From a virus (taxonomy: Duplodnaviria; Heunggongvirae; Uroviricota; Caudoviricetes): a DNA stretch of 64,000 bases. The notes under the pieces are model-generated. The model saw only the letters and a program-made list of their open reading frames with translations, made no database searches and had not been told where the DNA came from. Shown here one piece after another: positions 1-9,400 of the stretch. Both the position numbers and the translations under genes were made by a program. The DNA lies in the IMG/VR virus record IMGVR_UViG_3300035156_000038, positions 21,726 to 85,725 of that record; one strand, given 5' to 3'. Positions within the stretch are counted from its first letter, which is position 1. Each line of letters opens with the position of its first letter.

Positions 1-9
1 GAGGCAATA

Positions 10-861
10 ATGGATAAACAAAGACCCGTAACACGGTTGACATCTGAGCTATTTAATAAGCCGCATCTTATCTCCCAAACAGCTTTCACGGCAATTGCTG
101 CGTACCTAGATGTACGTAACACCGGGAAGCTGGATGTGGTTAAGCTGGGTGAAGAAGAAGGTTTCGAAGAAGCTGATGTTGCCGCCAACACGGTAGGCGA
201 CATTGGCATCATTAACATCCACGGCAGCTTGACTAACAAGCCTGTCGTTACGATGTGTGGTGTAGTCGGAGCCAGCTACGCAAGTATTAAAGGCCAGATG
301 TCGGCTCTTATCGAAGCAGGCTGCAAAACAGTCGTTCTCGACATTGATAGCGGTGGTGGAGAAGCGTTTAACTGCTTCCAAACCGCAGACGCTATCCGAA
401 AAATGGCCGACGACAACGGAGTATATCTAATCTCGTACGTTCAGTCAATGGCCGCTTCTGCTGCTTACGCCCTAGCGGTGTGTGCTGACGAAGTGGTTTG
501 CCACCCGCAAGGCCAAGTAGGTTCGGTTGGTGTGCTAGTCGCACTAATGAACAACACGAAGGCACTTGAAAAGGAAGGCTACCAACGTACGTTTGTCACC
601 GCAGGCGCAAACAAGATTCCGTTTGATGCTGACGGTGGTTTCCGTGACGAATTTCTAGCAGAGATTCAAGCTAACGTTGACGACCTTTACGGCCAATTTT
701 GTGAACACGTTTCGCATTATACCGGATTGTCTGTCGCTGATGTGAAAGCTACCGAAGCCTCTGTGTTCTCTGGCAATAAAGCCTTGGGGATGGGGATGAT
801 TAACACGGTTATGACGAATGAAGAATTCGCAGACTACCTAACGAAAAGGGAATACAAATGA
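10..861 (+). CDS. prohead (head-maturation) serine protease, S49/ClpP-like
   Basis: 283-aa ORF directly upstream of the scaffold gene; Ser-protease-like fold motifs; 3' end overlaps next gene (ATGA). May start upstream of window. Confidence 0.55.
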   Translation: MDKQRPVTRLTSELFNKPHLISQTAFTAIAAYLDVRNTGKLDVVKLGEEEGFEEADVAANTVGDIGIINIHGSLTNKPVVTMCGVVGASYASIKGQMSALIEAGCKTVVLDIDSGGGEAFNCFQTADAIRKMADDNGVYLISYVQSMAASAAYALAVCADEVVCHPQGQVGSVGVLVALMNNTKALEKEGYQRTFVTAGANKIPFDADGGFRDEFLAEIQANVDDLYGQFCEHVSHYTGLSVADVKATEASVFSGNKALGMGMINTVMTNEEFADYLTKREYK

Positions 862-1505
862 AAGACGCTCTTAAGCGTGCAGCACAGGCGGTAGGGCTTA
901 TTCCAACCCCTGTTCAAATGGACACAGAAATTCAAGCAGGCGTAACTGATGCAGCTTTGGCAGTAGCCGAAGCACTGGAAGCAGACGAAGCGGCAGCAGC
1001 CGCAGAAGCGGCCCTAGCAGTCGTTGCACCGGAAGCGGTGGTAGAAGCCAACGTAGAAGCCGTAACAGCTTCACTGGCTGAACTGCAAACCAAGTTTGAC
1101 GCACAAGCTACTGAACTGACTACTGCACTAGCTGCACTGGCAGATTCCAAAGCCGCAATGGACAGCCTAACCGCTGAACTGACAGCAATCAAAGATGCAA
1201 ACGCGAAAGCCGCAGCAGACGCCCTGACAGCTAAGCTGGCAGCACGTGAAGCAGCGATTACCGCAGAACTGGGTTCGGATCGTGCAGCAGCCTTTATGGA
1301 TGCTACCCGTGATATGCCGGATGCACAGTTTAACACGATCATGGCTGCGATGAAGGCAAGCACTACCGCTGAAGCCAATCAAGCCGAATTCACTGAAGTT
1401 GGTGTAGATGCACAAGCTGATGTGAATGCTTTGCAAGCGGAAGCAGCAAGCAATGGTACGGCAGCTATTCTAGCAGCTAAGTACCAAAAGACCGCAACTA
1501 AATAA
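858..1505 (+). CDS. capsid scaffolding protein (Ala-rich coiled coil)
   Basis: 215 aa, extremely Ala/Glu/Leu-rich predicted coiled coil; sits between protease and capsid genes. Confidence 0.6.
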   Translation: MKDALKRAAQAVGLIPTPVQMDTEIQAGVTDAALAVAEALEADEAAAAAEAALAVVAPEAVVEANVEAVTASLAELQTKFDAQATELTTALAALADSKAAMDSLTAELTAIKDANAKAAADALTAKLAAREAAITAELGSDRAAAFMDATRDMPDAQFNTIMAAMKASTTAEANQAEFTEVGVDAQADVNALQAEAASNGTAAILAAKYQKTATK

Positions 1506-1523
1506 TCTTTTTAAGGAAATAAC

Positions 1524-1955
1524 ATGACTGTAATTGCAACTGAAGGCCAATTCAGCCGCTTCTCATCACTGGTTAAAGGTAGCGATACCCCAGAGAATAT
1601 GAAGTTCTTCGTAGACCTAGTTACCGTTTCGGACGCAGCAGGTACTACCCTTGCACCAGCAACGGTTCTGGGCAAAGTTACCGCAACTGGTAACTACGTG
1701 GTGTCGAAGCAAAACGCTGCTGACGGCTCGCAAGTCCCGGCTGCTATCTACGTTGGAACCGGAAGCCTTGGTGAATACAAGGATACCGTTCTGGCTGCTG
1801 GAACCCCTGCAAAAGTGCTGGTACTGGCACGCGGCAAAATTGTCGTAGCTAAGGAAGCTCTGAAGCTGGACGCCACATTCAACGACGCTGCTAAGAAAGA
1901 CGCTGCTTACGCCGCTCTGAAAGCAGTTGGCATTCTGGTTGAAGCATCGTTCTAA
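1524..1955 (+). CDS. head decoration protein-like
   Basis: 143-aa protein between scaffold and major capsid (lambda C-Nu3-D-E order); RBS AAGGAAATAACATG. Confidence 0.4.
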   Translation: MTVIATEGQFSRFSSLVKGSDTPENMKFFVDLVTVSDAAGTTLAPATVLGKVTATGNYVVSKQNAADGSQVPAAIYVGTGSLGEYKDTVLAAGTPAKVLVLARGKIVVAKEALKLDATFNDAAKKDAAYAALKAVGILVEASF

Positions 1956-1993
1956 TAGCTGCTTAGCCTCTAACAAGTAAAAGGAAATAAATA

Positions 1994-3028
1994 ATGATCG
2001 TACGTTCATTTGGTAGTCACTTCGAAGTTCAGGATTGGACTCAGGAGCTTAACACCATCCCTAATCAATGGGGAACCATCAACGAGCTAGGTATCTTCAC
2101 TACCGAATCCGTTGCTGAACACGTTGTAGTGTTCGAAGAAATCATCAAAGACGGCAACATCATTGTTGACCGTGTGCGTGGTGAGCGTAGTAACGTGGGC
2201 CGCGATGCTCAGCGTAAGATTCACACCTTCGCTGTGCCGCACTTCCCGCTTGATGACGCTATCTACCCACAAGACATCCAAGGCAAACGCGCCTACGGAT
2301 CGGCTTCGGAAGTAGAAACGTTTGACGCAGTTCGTGCACGTAAGATGGAACGTATTCGCCAGAACCACGCTTGGACTCTAGAGTTCGCCCGTGCACAGGC
2401 GCTTACCCAAGGTACTGTGTACGCTCCAAACGGAACCGTATCGCAAGACTGGTACATGACCATGACTGGTTCGGCTCGCCCAGCTTCGGTTGACTTCGTG
2501 CTTGGTACTTCGACTACCGAAATTCTGGCTAAGCTGGAAGTGGTAATCTCGTCAATCCAAGACGCGTACAGCAACGTTGCTTACAGCGGCATCGTCTGCC
2601 TGTGCAGCAGCCAGTTCTTCAGCAAGCTTATCGCGCACGCTAGCGTTAAAGCAGCTTACCAGTTCTACGTTGCTACCGCAGGTCAAGACCCGCTGCGTGG
2701 CCGTATGGCTGCTGGTGGTTCGGCCCGTCCGATTCGCCGTGAGTTCTTCTACGGTGGTGTGACCTTCGTGGAAATGCGCGATGCCTACAACGGCGTTAAG
2801 CTGATTCCAGACGGTGAAGCATACTTCGTTCCAACCGGAACCGACTGCTTCAAGACTTACTTCAGCCCAGCTAACCGCTTCGGCTTGGTAAACACGCTTG
2901 GCGAAGAAAGCTACTACTTCGAAACTGCTGCACCTGACGGTACAGCATACAACATTCAGACGGAATCGAACTTCGTGAACGCGATGTTCAAGCCGCTGCT
3001 GGTTGTGAAAGCTATTAGCTCTAACTAA
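1994..3028 (+). CDS. major capsid protein
   Basis: 344 aa; follows decoration gene; strong RBS AAAGGAAATAAATAATG; followed by hairpin. Confidence 0.6.
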   Translation: MIVRSFGSHFEVQDWTQELNTIPNQWGTINELGIFTTESVAEHVVVFEEIIKDGNIIVDRVRGERSNVGRDAQRKIHTFAVPHFPLDDAIYPQDIQGKRAYGSASEVETFDAVRARKMERIRQNHAWTLEFARAQALTQGTVYAPNGTVSQDWYMTMTGSARPASVDFVLGTSTTEILAKLEVVISSIQDAYSNVAYSGIVCLCSSQFFSKLIAHASVKAAYQFYVATAGQDPLRGRMAAGGSARPIRREFFYGGVTFVEMRDAYNGVKLIPDGEAYFVPTGTDCFKTYFSPANRFGLVNTLGEESYYFETAAPDGTAYNIQTESNFVNAMFKPLLVVKAISSN

Positions 3029-3039
3029 TCTTTAGTTAG

Positions 3040-3066
3040 TGAAGCAGGCCCTTAAGTGGGCCTGTT
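3040..3066 (+). terminator. hairpin after capsid gene (CAGGCCC-TTAAGT-GGGCCTG)
   Basis: 7-bp stem right after the stop of the capsid gene; no clean U tract, possibly an attenuator. Confidence 0.3.
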
Positions 3067-3148
3067 AATAATGTAGGTTGCGTCCCATCGGCGGCAATCA
3101 GAGCGACCCTTTCGTGTAGCCTACATTATTAACATAAAGGAGCAATCA

Positions 3149-3589
3149 ATGACAATTCTTGACCCAGCATCAAACATCGGCAAGATGCGACTGCGTTGCG
3201 GAGACTTTAGCGATCTACCCCTTATGCCCGACGAAGTATATATGTCGGCACTGGAAGATTGCAACGGCAATTTGCCGCAAGCTTGTATCTTGGTTTGCCG
3301 CTACATTCTGGCTTCCCTTACCGGGCAGACCCACCAGAAGCTAGCACAGGTTGAAGTGTATGGCCGTGAATGGTTCTTGAACTATAAAGAATTCATCCTG
3401 CTTACCATTAGCAACCCGAACTTCATGGCTTACGTGGCAATGCCTTACGCACCGTCGCTTAAAGATGAATGTGGTAATGACGTGCTACTGCCACTAGATC
3501 AGTTCCAACGGGACTGGAACGCGCTGTACGGCGTTACAGAGGCTAGGCAGAACCATGTGACGGCTACAGCTATCCACCCTTACTTTTAA
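3149..3589 (+). CDS. head-tail connector / head completion protein
   Basis: 146 aa; first gene after capsid; RBS AAAGGAGCAATCAATG. Confidence 0.35.
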   Translation: MTILDPASNIGKMRLRCGDFSDLPLMPDEVYMSALEDCNGNLPQACILVCRYILASLTGQTHQKLAQVEVYGREWFLNYKEFILLTISNPNFMAYVAMPYAPSLKDECGNDVLLPLDQFQRDWNALYGVTEARQNHVTATAIHPYF

Positions 3590-3595
3590 AGGAAC

Positions 3596-3964
3596 ATGAT
3601 GCAGAAAATTGATCCAATCGTAAGGGCTGTACTGAATCTGCTAAAGACCCGTGGTGGCCCTGTCAGCATGGTAGTTAATAAGGCAGGAGTCTACAACCCT
3701 GAAACATCTTCAACGGACGTGGTAGTTAAGACTTTCACGCCGCTAGCTCTTGTGCAGGATGCCAAGGTAACTCTTGCATCACAGGCGCTAGTTAAAGAAG
3801 GTGACAAGCAGATTTTCATTCGCCCGGATGAAGGAACACCGAAGCCGACCCCCGGCGAAACAGAGTTCAAGATTCAAGGTGAATACCTACGCGTCTATCT
3901 GGTACGCGAAGTCAACCCTAGCGGCACGGACGTAATCTATTACGAAGTGTTTGCGAGAAAATAA
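3596..3964 (+). CDS. head-tail adaptor protein
   Basis: 122 aa; synteny in neck module; overlaps next gene (ATAATGA). Confidence 0.35.
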   Translation: MMQKIDPIVRAVLNLLKTRGGPVSMVVNKAGVYNPETSSTDVVVKTFTPLALVQDAKVTLASQALVKEGDKQIFIRPDEGTPKPTPGETEFKIQGEYLRVYLVREVNPSGTDVIYYEVFARK

Positions 3965-4422
3965 TGAGCTTCGCACAGCAGGTAGAAGCGGCAGTTAAAA
4001 GACGCCAGCTTGAGATTAACAACAAGATTGTTAGCATGGCTGCTGAGCTTTTCACCGCCGTAGTGGACTATTCGCCTAAGCAGCCAGCCGCCCAGTTTTC
4101 AAAGGGCGAGTTTATCAACAACTGGCGTGCAGCAGTAGGCCGTACCGACACAAGTACAACCAAGGCACGGAATAGCTCTGGACTGGAAAGCAGGGCCAGC
4201 ATCGCCAAGATGACGGCTAGCTCAGCGTTCTACGCATTCATGGGCAAGGACGGCCACGTGACGCTTTCTAACAGCGTTAGCTACGCCGAACTGGTTGAAT
4301 ACAAAGGTTGGCCTAAGCCGGAATTCTCTGGCACGCAAGGTGGAGATAAAAAGGGTGGCCCATACGCCCCGGTTAGAAATGCTTTCATTGCCGTGGTTCC
4401 AAAGTTTAAGGTGAAACCATGA
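3964..4422 (+). CDS. neck/tail completion protein
   Basis: 152 aa; translationally coupled into the next gene. Confidence 0.35.
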   Translation: MSFAQQVEAAVKRRQLEINNKIVSMAAELFTAVVDYSPKQPAAQFSKGEFINNWRAAVGRTDTSTTKARNSSGLESRASIAKMTASSAFYAFMGKDGHVTLSNSVSYAELVEYKGWPKPEFSGTQGGDKKGGPYAPVRNAFIAVVPKFKVKP

Positions 4423-4799
4423 CAGTAAGAAAAGAAATTGAAATGAGGCTAGCGGACTTCGCAGCCACTAACAAGCTACCGCTTGCATACGAGAACGCTA
4501 ACTTTACAAAGCCTGCTGGTGAATGGCTTGAGATTATCTTTCTTACCCCGAACAAGCTGCATCGTAGTGTTGCGGCAGGCGTACGGGAAGAAGGCATGTT
4601 TCAGGTAAATGTATTCACTAGGCTAGGAATTGGATCGGGACGTTCCAGTGAGCTAGTAGAGCAAGTATCGGCACTATTCCCAGTGCTTCCAAAAGTAGGC
4701 TTGGTAAGTATCGAACAACCGCCTAACGCTGCGAGAGGGTTCCCCGATGAAAACCATTGGTGCGTCCCAATCACAGTGCGCTACCGCGCAGAACATTAA
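4419..4799 (+). CDS. tail terminator-like protein
   Basis: 126 aa; immediately precedes major tail gene. Confidence 0.35.
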   Translation: MTVRKEIEMRLADFAATNKLPLAYENANFTKPAGEWLEIIFLTPNKLHRSVAAGVREEGMFQVNVFTRLGIGSGRSSELVEQVSALFPVLPKVGLVSIEQPPNAARGFPDENHWCVPITVRYRAEH

Positions 4800-4831
4800 C
4801 GCCGCAAGGCACATTCTAAAGGAAATACAAA

Positions 4832-5293
4832 ATGGCAGTTTCAAAAGCACGCACCAGTGCAGGTACTAAGTTGCACGTGTCTACAGCAGCCCCAGCAACC
4901 TACGACAAAGCAGGCTTCATCGCCGTTGTCGCCGGTTCATGGAAAGAAGTTGGTGAGATTACCGACCTTGGTAGCTTTGGTAAGAAGTACAACCTTGTTT
5001 CGCACAACCCGCTAGGCGACCGTAAGACAATTAAGCGCCGTGGCTCGTACAACAACGGTACTCTATCACTGAAGTATGCAGCAGTTCCAACCGACGAAGG
5101 CCAAGTTATCCTTGACGCCGCTGGTGACGCATCGCTGTACTTTAAGGTAACAACCCAGTCGGGAAGCAAATACTACTTCTCGGGTCAAGTTATGGGTACG
5201 ACTCTGGAAATCGGTTCGGTCGATCAGATTATGGCCGGATCGTGCGACATCGAAATTGATGACGACATCATCCCTGACACGCTGGTAGCTTAA
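4832..5293 (+). CDS. major tail (tube) protein
   Basis: 153 aa; strong RBS AAAGGAAATACAAAATG; followed by strong intrinsic terminator; position before chaperones and tape measure. Confidence 0.45.
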   Translation: MAVSKARTSAGTKLHVSTAAPATYDKAGFIAVVAGSWKEVGEITDLGSFGKKYNLVSHNPLGDRKTIKRRGSYNNGTLSLKYAAVPTDEGQVILDAAGDASLYFKVTTQSGSKYYFSGQVMGTTLEIGSVDQIMAGSCDIEIDDDIIPDTLVA

Positions 5294-5300
5294 TACCAAT

Positions 5301-5330
5301 GGCCCCGCTTCGGCGGGGCTTTTTCGTTTC
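5301..5330 (+). terminator. rho-independent terminator
   Basis: GGCCCCGC-TTCG-GCGGGGC followed by TTTTTCGTTTC. Confidence 0.7.
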
Positions 5331-5353
5331 TAGCTTCTTTGCTTCCTAGCTAC

Positions 5354-5382
5354 TTGACAGGATAGCGAATCTGTGTTAAAAT
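5354..5382 (+). promoter_or_regulatory. sigma70-type promoter
   Basis: TTGACA - 17 nt - TAAAAT upstream of chaperone gene. Confidence 0.6.
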
Positions 5383-5436
5383 TCGTCCACAAGCGCCAAT
5401 ACAGGCGTACCTAAAACATTTTGTAAAGGAACTACC

Positions 5437-5877
5437 ATGTCATTTGATATTTCGTCGCTGTCGGTTACTGAAAGCACCGAACTGCACCTGAAGCACCCTA
5501 CCGAACACACTCCACTGTTCGACGGTGACGCTTCGAAGCCAATCACCATCACCGTTGCTTCGCAAAGCTCGCGTGAATACCGTGAAGTGGTAAACACCAT
5601 TTCGAATCGTCGTCTGCGCCGTGAGCAAGCAGCCGCACGTAACGGCGGTAAGAATGCCCAAGCCTTCACCGTGGAAGTCGCACAAGAAGAAAGCCTTGAA
5701 ATGCTGTCGGCCCTGTGCCTTGGTTCTAGCAACCTAGTGTACAACGGTAAAGCGGTTAAGTCAAACGCTGACTTCCGTGAACTGCTGTCTGACGGCAAAA
5801 TGCTGTGGGTTCGTTCGCAGGTTGACGCAGCCGTAGGCGACCTTGAGCTTTTCATCAAGGGGTCATCGACTCGCTAA
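5437..5877 (+). CDS. tail assembly chaperone (G-like)
   Basis: 146 aa acidic protein directly upstream of the tape measure gene; downstream frame is open from ~5847 in the −1 frame. Confidence 0.45.
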   Translation: MSFDISSLSVTESTELHLKHPTEHTPLFDGDASKPITITVASQSSREYREVVNTISNRRLRREQAAARNGGKNAQAFTVEVAQEESLEMLSALCLGSSNLVYNGKAVKSNADFRELLSDGKMLWVRSQVDAAVGDLELFIKGSSTR

Positions 5878-6398
5878 TCCTGTACGTTCGCCAAGAGGCG
5901 TACTACAACGCTACGCCTGAAGGTGGAACCAAGAGCCGTCGAGAACAGATTCTAGGCGGTGTACAGCAGGAAGTCAAGAAGAAAAGTAGCGAAGACGGTG
6001 ACTCCGAAGAAATTACGGTAGAAGCCATCCCCGTTACTGTGCTAGAGCGACAAGAGATTCCAATGCCCGATTTGGTTCCGGGGTCGGAGTATCTTGTCGC
6101 TTTTTTGCATTCGGCAGGCACAGCAACCGCAACAGGGATGGGCTTAGTAGGTTTGTCGTGGCAGGAAATTGAAGCATGGCTAAGGTGTGCCGGATACGCT
6201 GGTATCGCAACATCAAGAGATTTGAAAGCTATCTACATGCTTAGCAAGGTGTACGCAGGGGAATACGCACAAGCTTCGAAGAAGGGTGCAAAACCGCCGT
6301 ACGAGCCTAAAGTAGAAGTGGATGAAGATGTACGCGAAATGGTGTCGGAAGCAGCAGACAATATGTTCGCGGGGTTGATCGCCTCGCAAGAGAGGTAA
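5847..6398 (+). CDS. putative frameshift extension of tail assembly chaperone (GT-like)
   Basis: −1 frame relative to 5437..5877 is open (no stops) from ~5847 to 6398 and overlaps the 3' end of G. Listed ORF 6039..6398 is its M-anchored part. Confidence 0.35.
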   Translation, partial: AFHQGVIDSLILYVRQEAYYNATPEGGTKSRREQILGGVQQEVKKKSSEDGDSEEITVEAIPVTVLERQEIPMPDLVPGSEYLVAFLHSAGTATATGMGLVGLSWQEIEAWLRCAGYAGIATSRDLKAIYMLSKVYAGEYAQASKKGAKPPYEPKVEVDEDVREMVSEAADNMFAGLIASQER

Positions 6399-6416
6399 TT
6401 TTATAAGAGGACAAGC

Positions 6417-9400
6417 ATGACTACAGATATTAGCACATTGCAGGTAAAAGTTACCAGCACTGGTGTGACTGATACTACCAAGGAGCTTAACAGTCTAACC
6501 AAAGCCGCTACTAATGCGGAGAATGCCGTTAAGAAGCTAGGTACGCAAGTCCTATCATCTAACGCGAGCATGGCCGCGTCTGCTGGTGCATCTATTGCGC
6601 TTACTAACGCTATCGTCACGCTGAATACTACCCTTGTTTCAATGGGTGGGCATTTGGGTGGCAACACGCAGCAAATCCGCAATAACACGCGAGCTATGCG
6701 TGACGCACACGATGCGGCTCGCGGCTTGGCCGGGTCATTGGGTGCGCTATGGGTGACGTACGGTAATCTAGCCCCTATGGCCGCTGGCCTTGCTATTGGT
6801 GCATCCCTGAAGGGTATTGTATCCGTTGGCAAGGACGTAGAACACGCTCTGGAAGCCATGCGCGTGAAAGGCGGGGAAACCGTAGAAACCGCTGACAAGC
6901 TGCGTGAGTCTATCTTCTCAATTGGTCAAGGTATCTACGGGCCACGTGAAGTAGCTGGTGCACTGGATGCGCTTATCTTGGCAGGTTTGAATGCTGAAGA
7001 CGCAATTAAAGGTGTGAAGGCCGCGTTGAACCTAGCTACCGCTGGTGGTGGTTCAATTGAGAAGGCAGCAGAGTCGCTAGTTACCATCGGTACAGCCGTT
7101 GGTGCATCGTCCAAGCAATACGACTACCTAGCAGACGGTATTGCCAAAGCGGCTAACACGTCGCTGGCTTCGGTTGAATCTATCGCTGAAACCATGAAGC
7201 GTGGTTCGGTGGTTAACAAGCTGTACGGGGCTTCTTTCGAAGACATCCTGATTCAAGCCTCGGCGCTGTCGCAGTTGGGTATTAAGAATAGTGCCGCTGG
7301 TACTGCGATTACCAACTTCTACGCTGACGCTATGGGTAAGACGGAGAAAGCCAAGAAAGCCTTGGCAGATTTGAAATTCTCATTCTTTGATGCTACCGGG
7401 GCCGCAAAGCCGCTGGTTGCCGCTATGACTGAATTTGACCAAGCGTTGAAGAAGTTTAGCGAAAAAGATCAAGGCAAGCTGATTCAAGACATCTTCGGGG
7501 AACGTGGCCTGCGTGACGTAGTTGCATTGCAACGTGGTCTTATCAACCAAGCAGCAGACGACACTACGAAGTACAACAACAAGCTTGAAGAATTGCAAGC
7601 TAACATTCAGAACATGGCGGGTACTTCGGCACTGGCAGCAGCACAGCTAGCCATGACTACTGAAAACCAATTCAAGTCCGTTGGTAATACGCTGGAAGTG
7701 ACATTCGCTAAAATCTTCAAAGAGCTAGAGCCACAAATGAACGTGGTTGCTATGAAGCTCAAACAAGCATTCGCCTCGCCGGAATTCGCTATCGCAGTTA
7801 CCAACATCGCTAAGGTGTTTAGCAGCCTAGCCGTGGCAGTCGCAGAGAACATCGGGCCGCTGTTTGCAGCCGTAGAAGGTTTGCTAGCGTTTAAGCTTAT
7901 CGCTATGGCAGTCGCAACAGCTACATCTGTTACAACGTGGCTGACCTCATTCGGCGTAGGTATGGGCGCTATCTCTGTAGCTGCTGGTGGTGCAACTACC
8001 GCCGTTACAGCTTTCGGTGTGGCACTGCGTTTTGCTATTGCAGCTATTCCGGTTGTAGGTTTGTTGATTGGTGTTGTTTCGGCTGCACTGGCTGTCTACA
8101 ACATCCACAGCGCACAAGCTAAGGATAACACAAACGACATCGCAACAGCGTACAACACAAACTACCTGCAAGCTCTAACGGAAGAAGCAGAGCGTTTGGA
8201 GAAGACAAACGGGTTGATGCGTGAAGGTGCAACGGCGGCACAAGCTAACGCTGCTGCTACCCGCGAATTGGCTCTAGCTAAAGCACAGTCGAACAACCAA
8301 GACGCTATCGACGCAGCACGTACGCGTATGACGACTGCTGACCAGAACTACACCAACCTTGGCCCTAACGGTAATCCGTTTGCTCGCCAGAAGGCAGCGG
8401 AAGCAAGAGAAGCAGCCCGTACCGAAATGAATGGGCTGATTGATTCGGCAGCGCAGTTCGATATGCAAGCCAGAGAAACCGCTAACCGTGTCATTGCGGC
8501 GAGCGAAGCACAACGGCAGTTGTATAAGGACGAACAAGACCGTGCTAAGAAGGACTTGGCTGCACAGGCAGGAACGCAGACACGCCCTGAAGTAGATAAA
8601 GAATACAACAAGCGCATGAACTTCTATGAAGGTGAACGCGGCGAACTTGAACGCTTGATGGCTACTTACAAAGCACGTACGGAAGCCGTTCTGGAAGGTG
8701 CAGCAGCGGAAATGCGCGTTATGGCTGAAGTGGAGAAAGCTCGCGTCCGTGCCAACGGTGCAGCTAAGTACCCAAGTCAAAAGGCGTACGAAGAACAAAT
8801 GGCGTTGGCCGTTTCGGTTGACCGTGCTAAGTTCGAACAGCAGAATGCTAACGCTATTGCTGAGCAGCGTAACAAAATCACGGCCATTATTGAACGCGAG
8901 CGTGCTTACCAGAAAGAACTTGCAGAAGGCGACCAAGCCCGTGTAGGTCTACTGGAAAAGCAAACTGCCTCTATTTTCAAGTTTAACCATGCTTCGGAAG
9001 GAGCTTTGGTAATTGAAAAGCAGCGTGCAGCTATGGCAGACGAGATTCTACGAATCGAGGAAGCCCGTAAGAAGCTTGATTCAGCAACCGGCGCTATCTC
9101 CCAGCGTGCAGCTAGCCTAATGGACGAAGCTATGGCTATCGACTTTTACGGTAAAAGCGCAAAGCAGTCAGCGGTGGAAGCTGCAAGACTTCTGGTTATC
9201 AAGCTGGGGTTGGATGCCAGCAACGCGGGTGCGCAGATTAATGCGCTTAACCTTGCCGCAGCTAATGAAGACCTTGCCCGTTCGTATAACGAAGTTACTA
9301 AGCAGTTGGCAGTTATGGGGGAAGAAGAAGCCCTTCGTAACGCGGTAGACGTAGCTGGCGTAATCGGGGCAGAAACTGCCAAGGTTGAAGCCAAGCGTCA

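Noticed and set aside
6401-6898. − strand ORFs (6401..6898, 8274..8936, 11786..12427 and others) inside the tape measure gene
   Set aside because: All antisense to a 6-kb continuous ORF with clear tape-measure features. Composition (Ala/Ser/Leu/Cys-rich) is typical of shadow frames.
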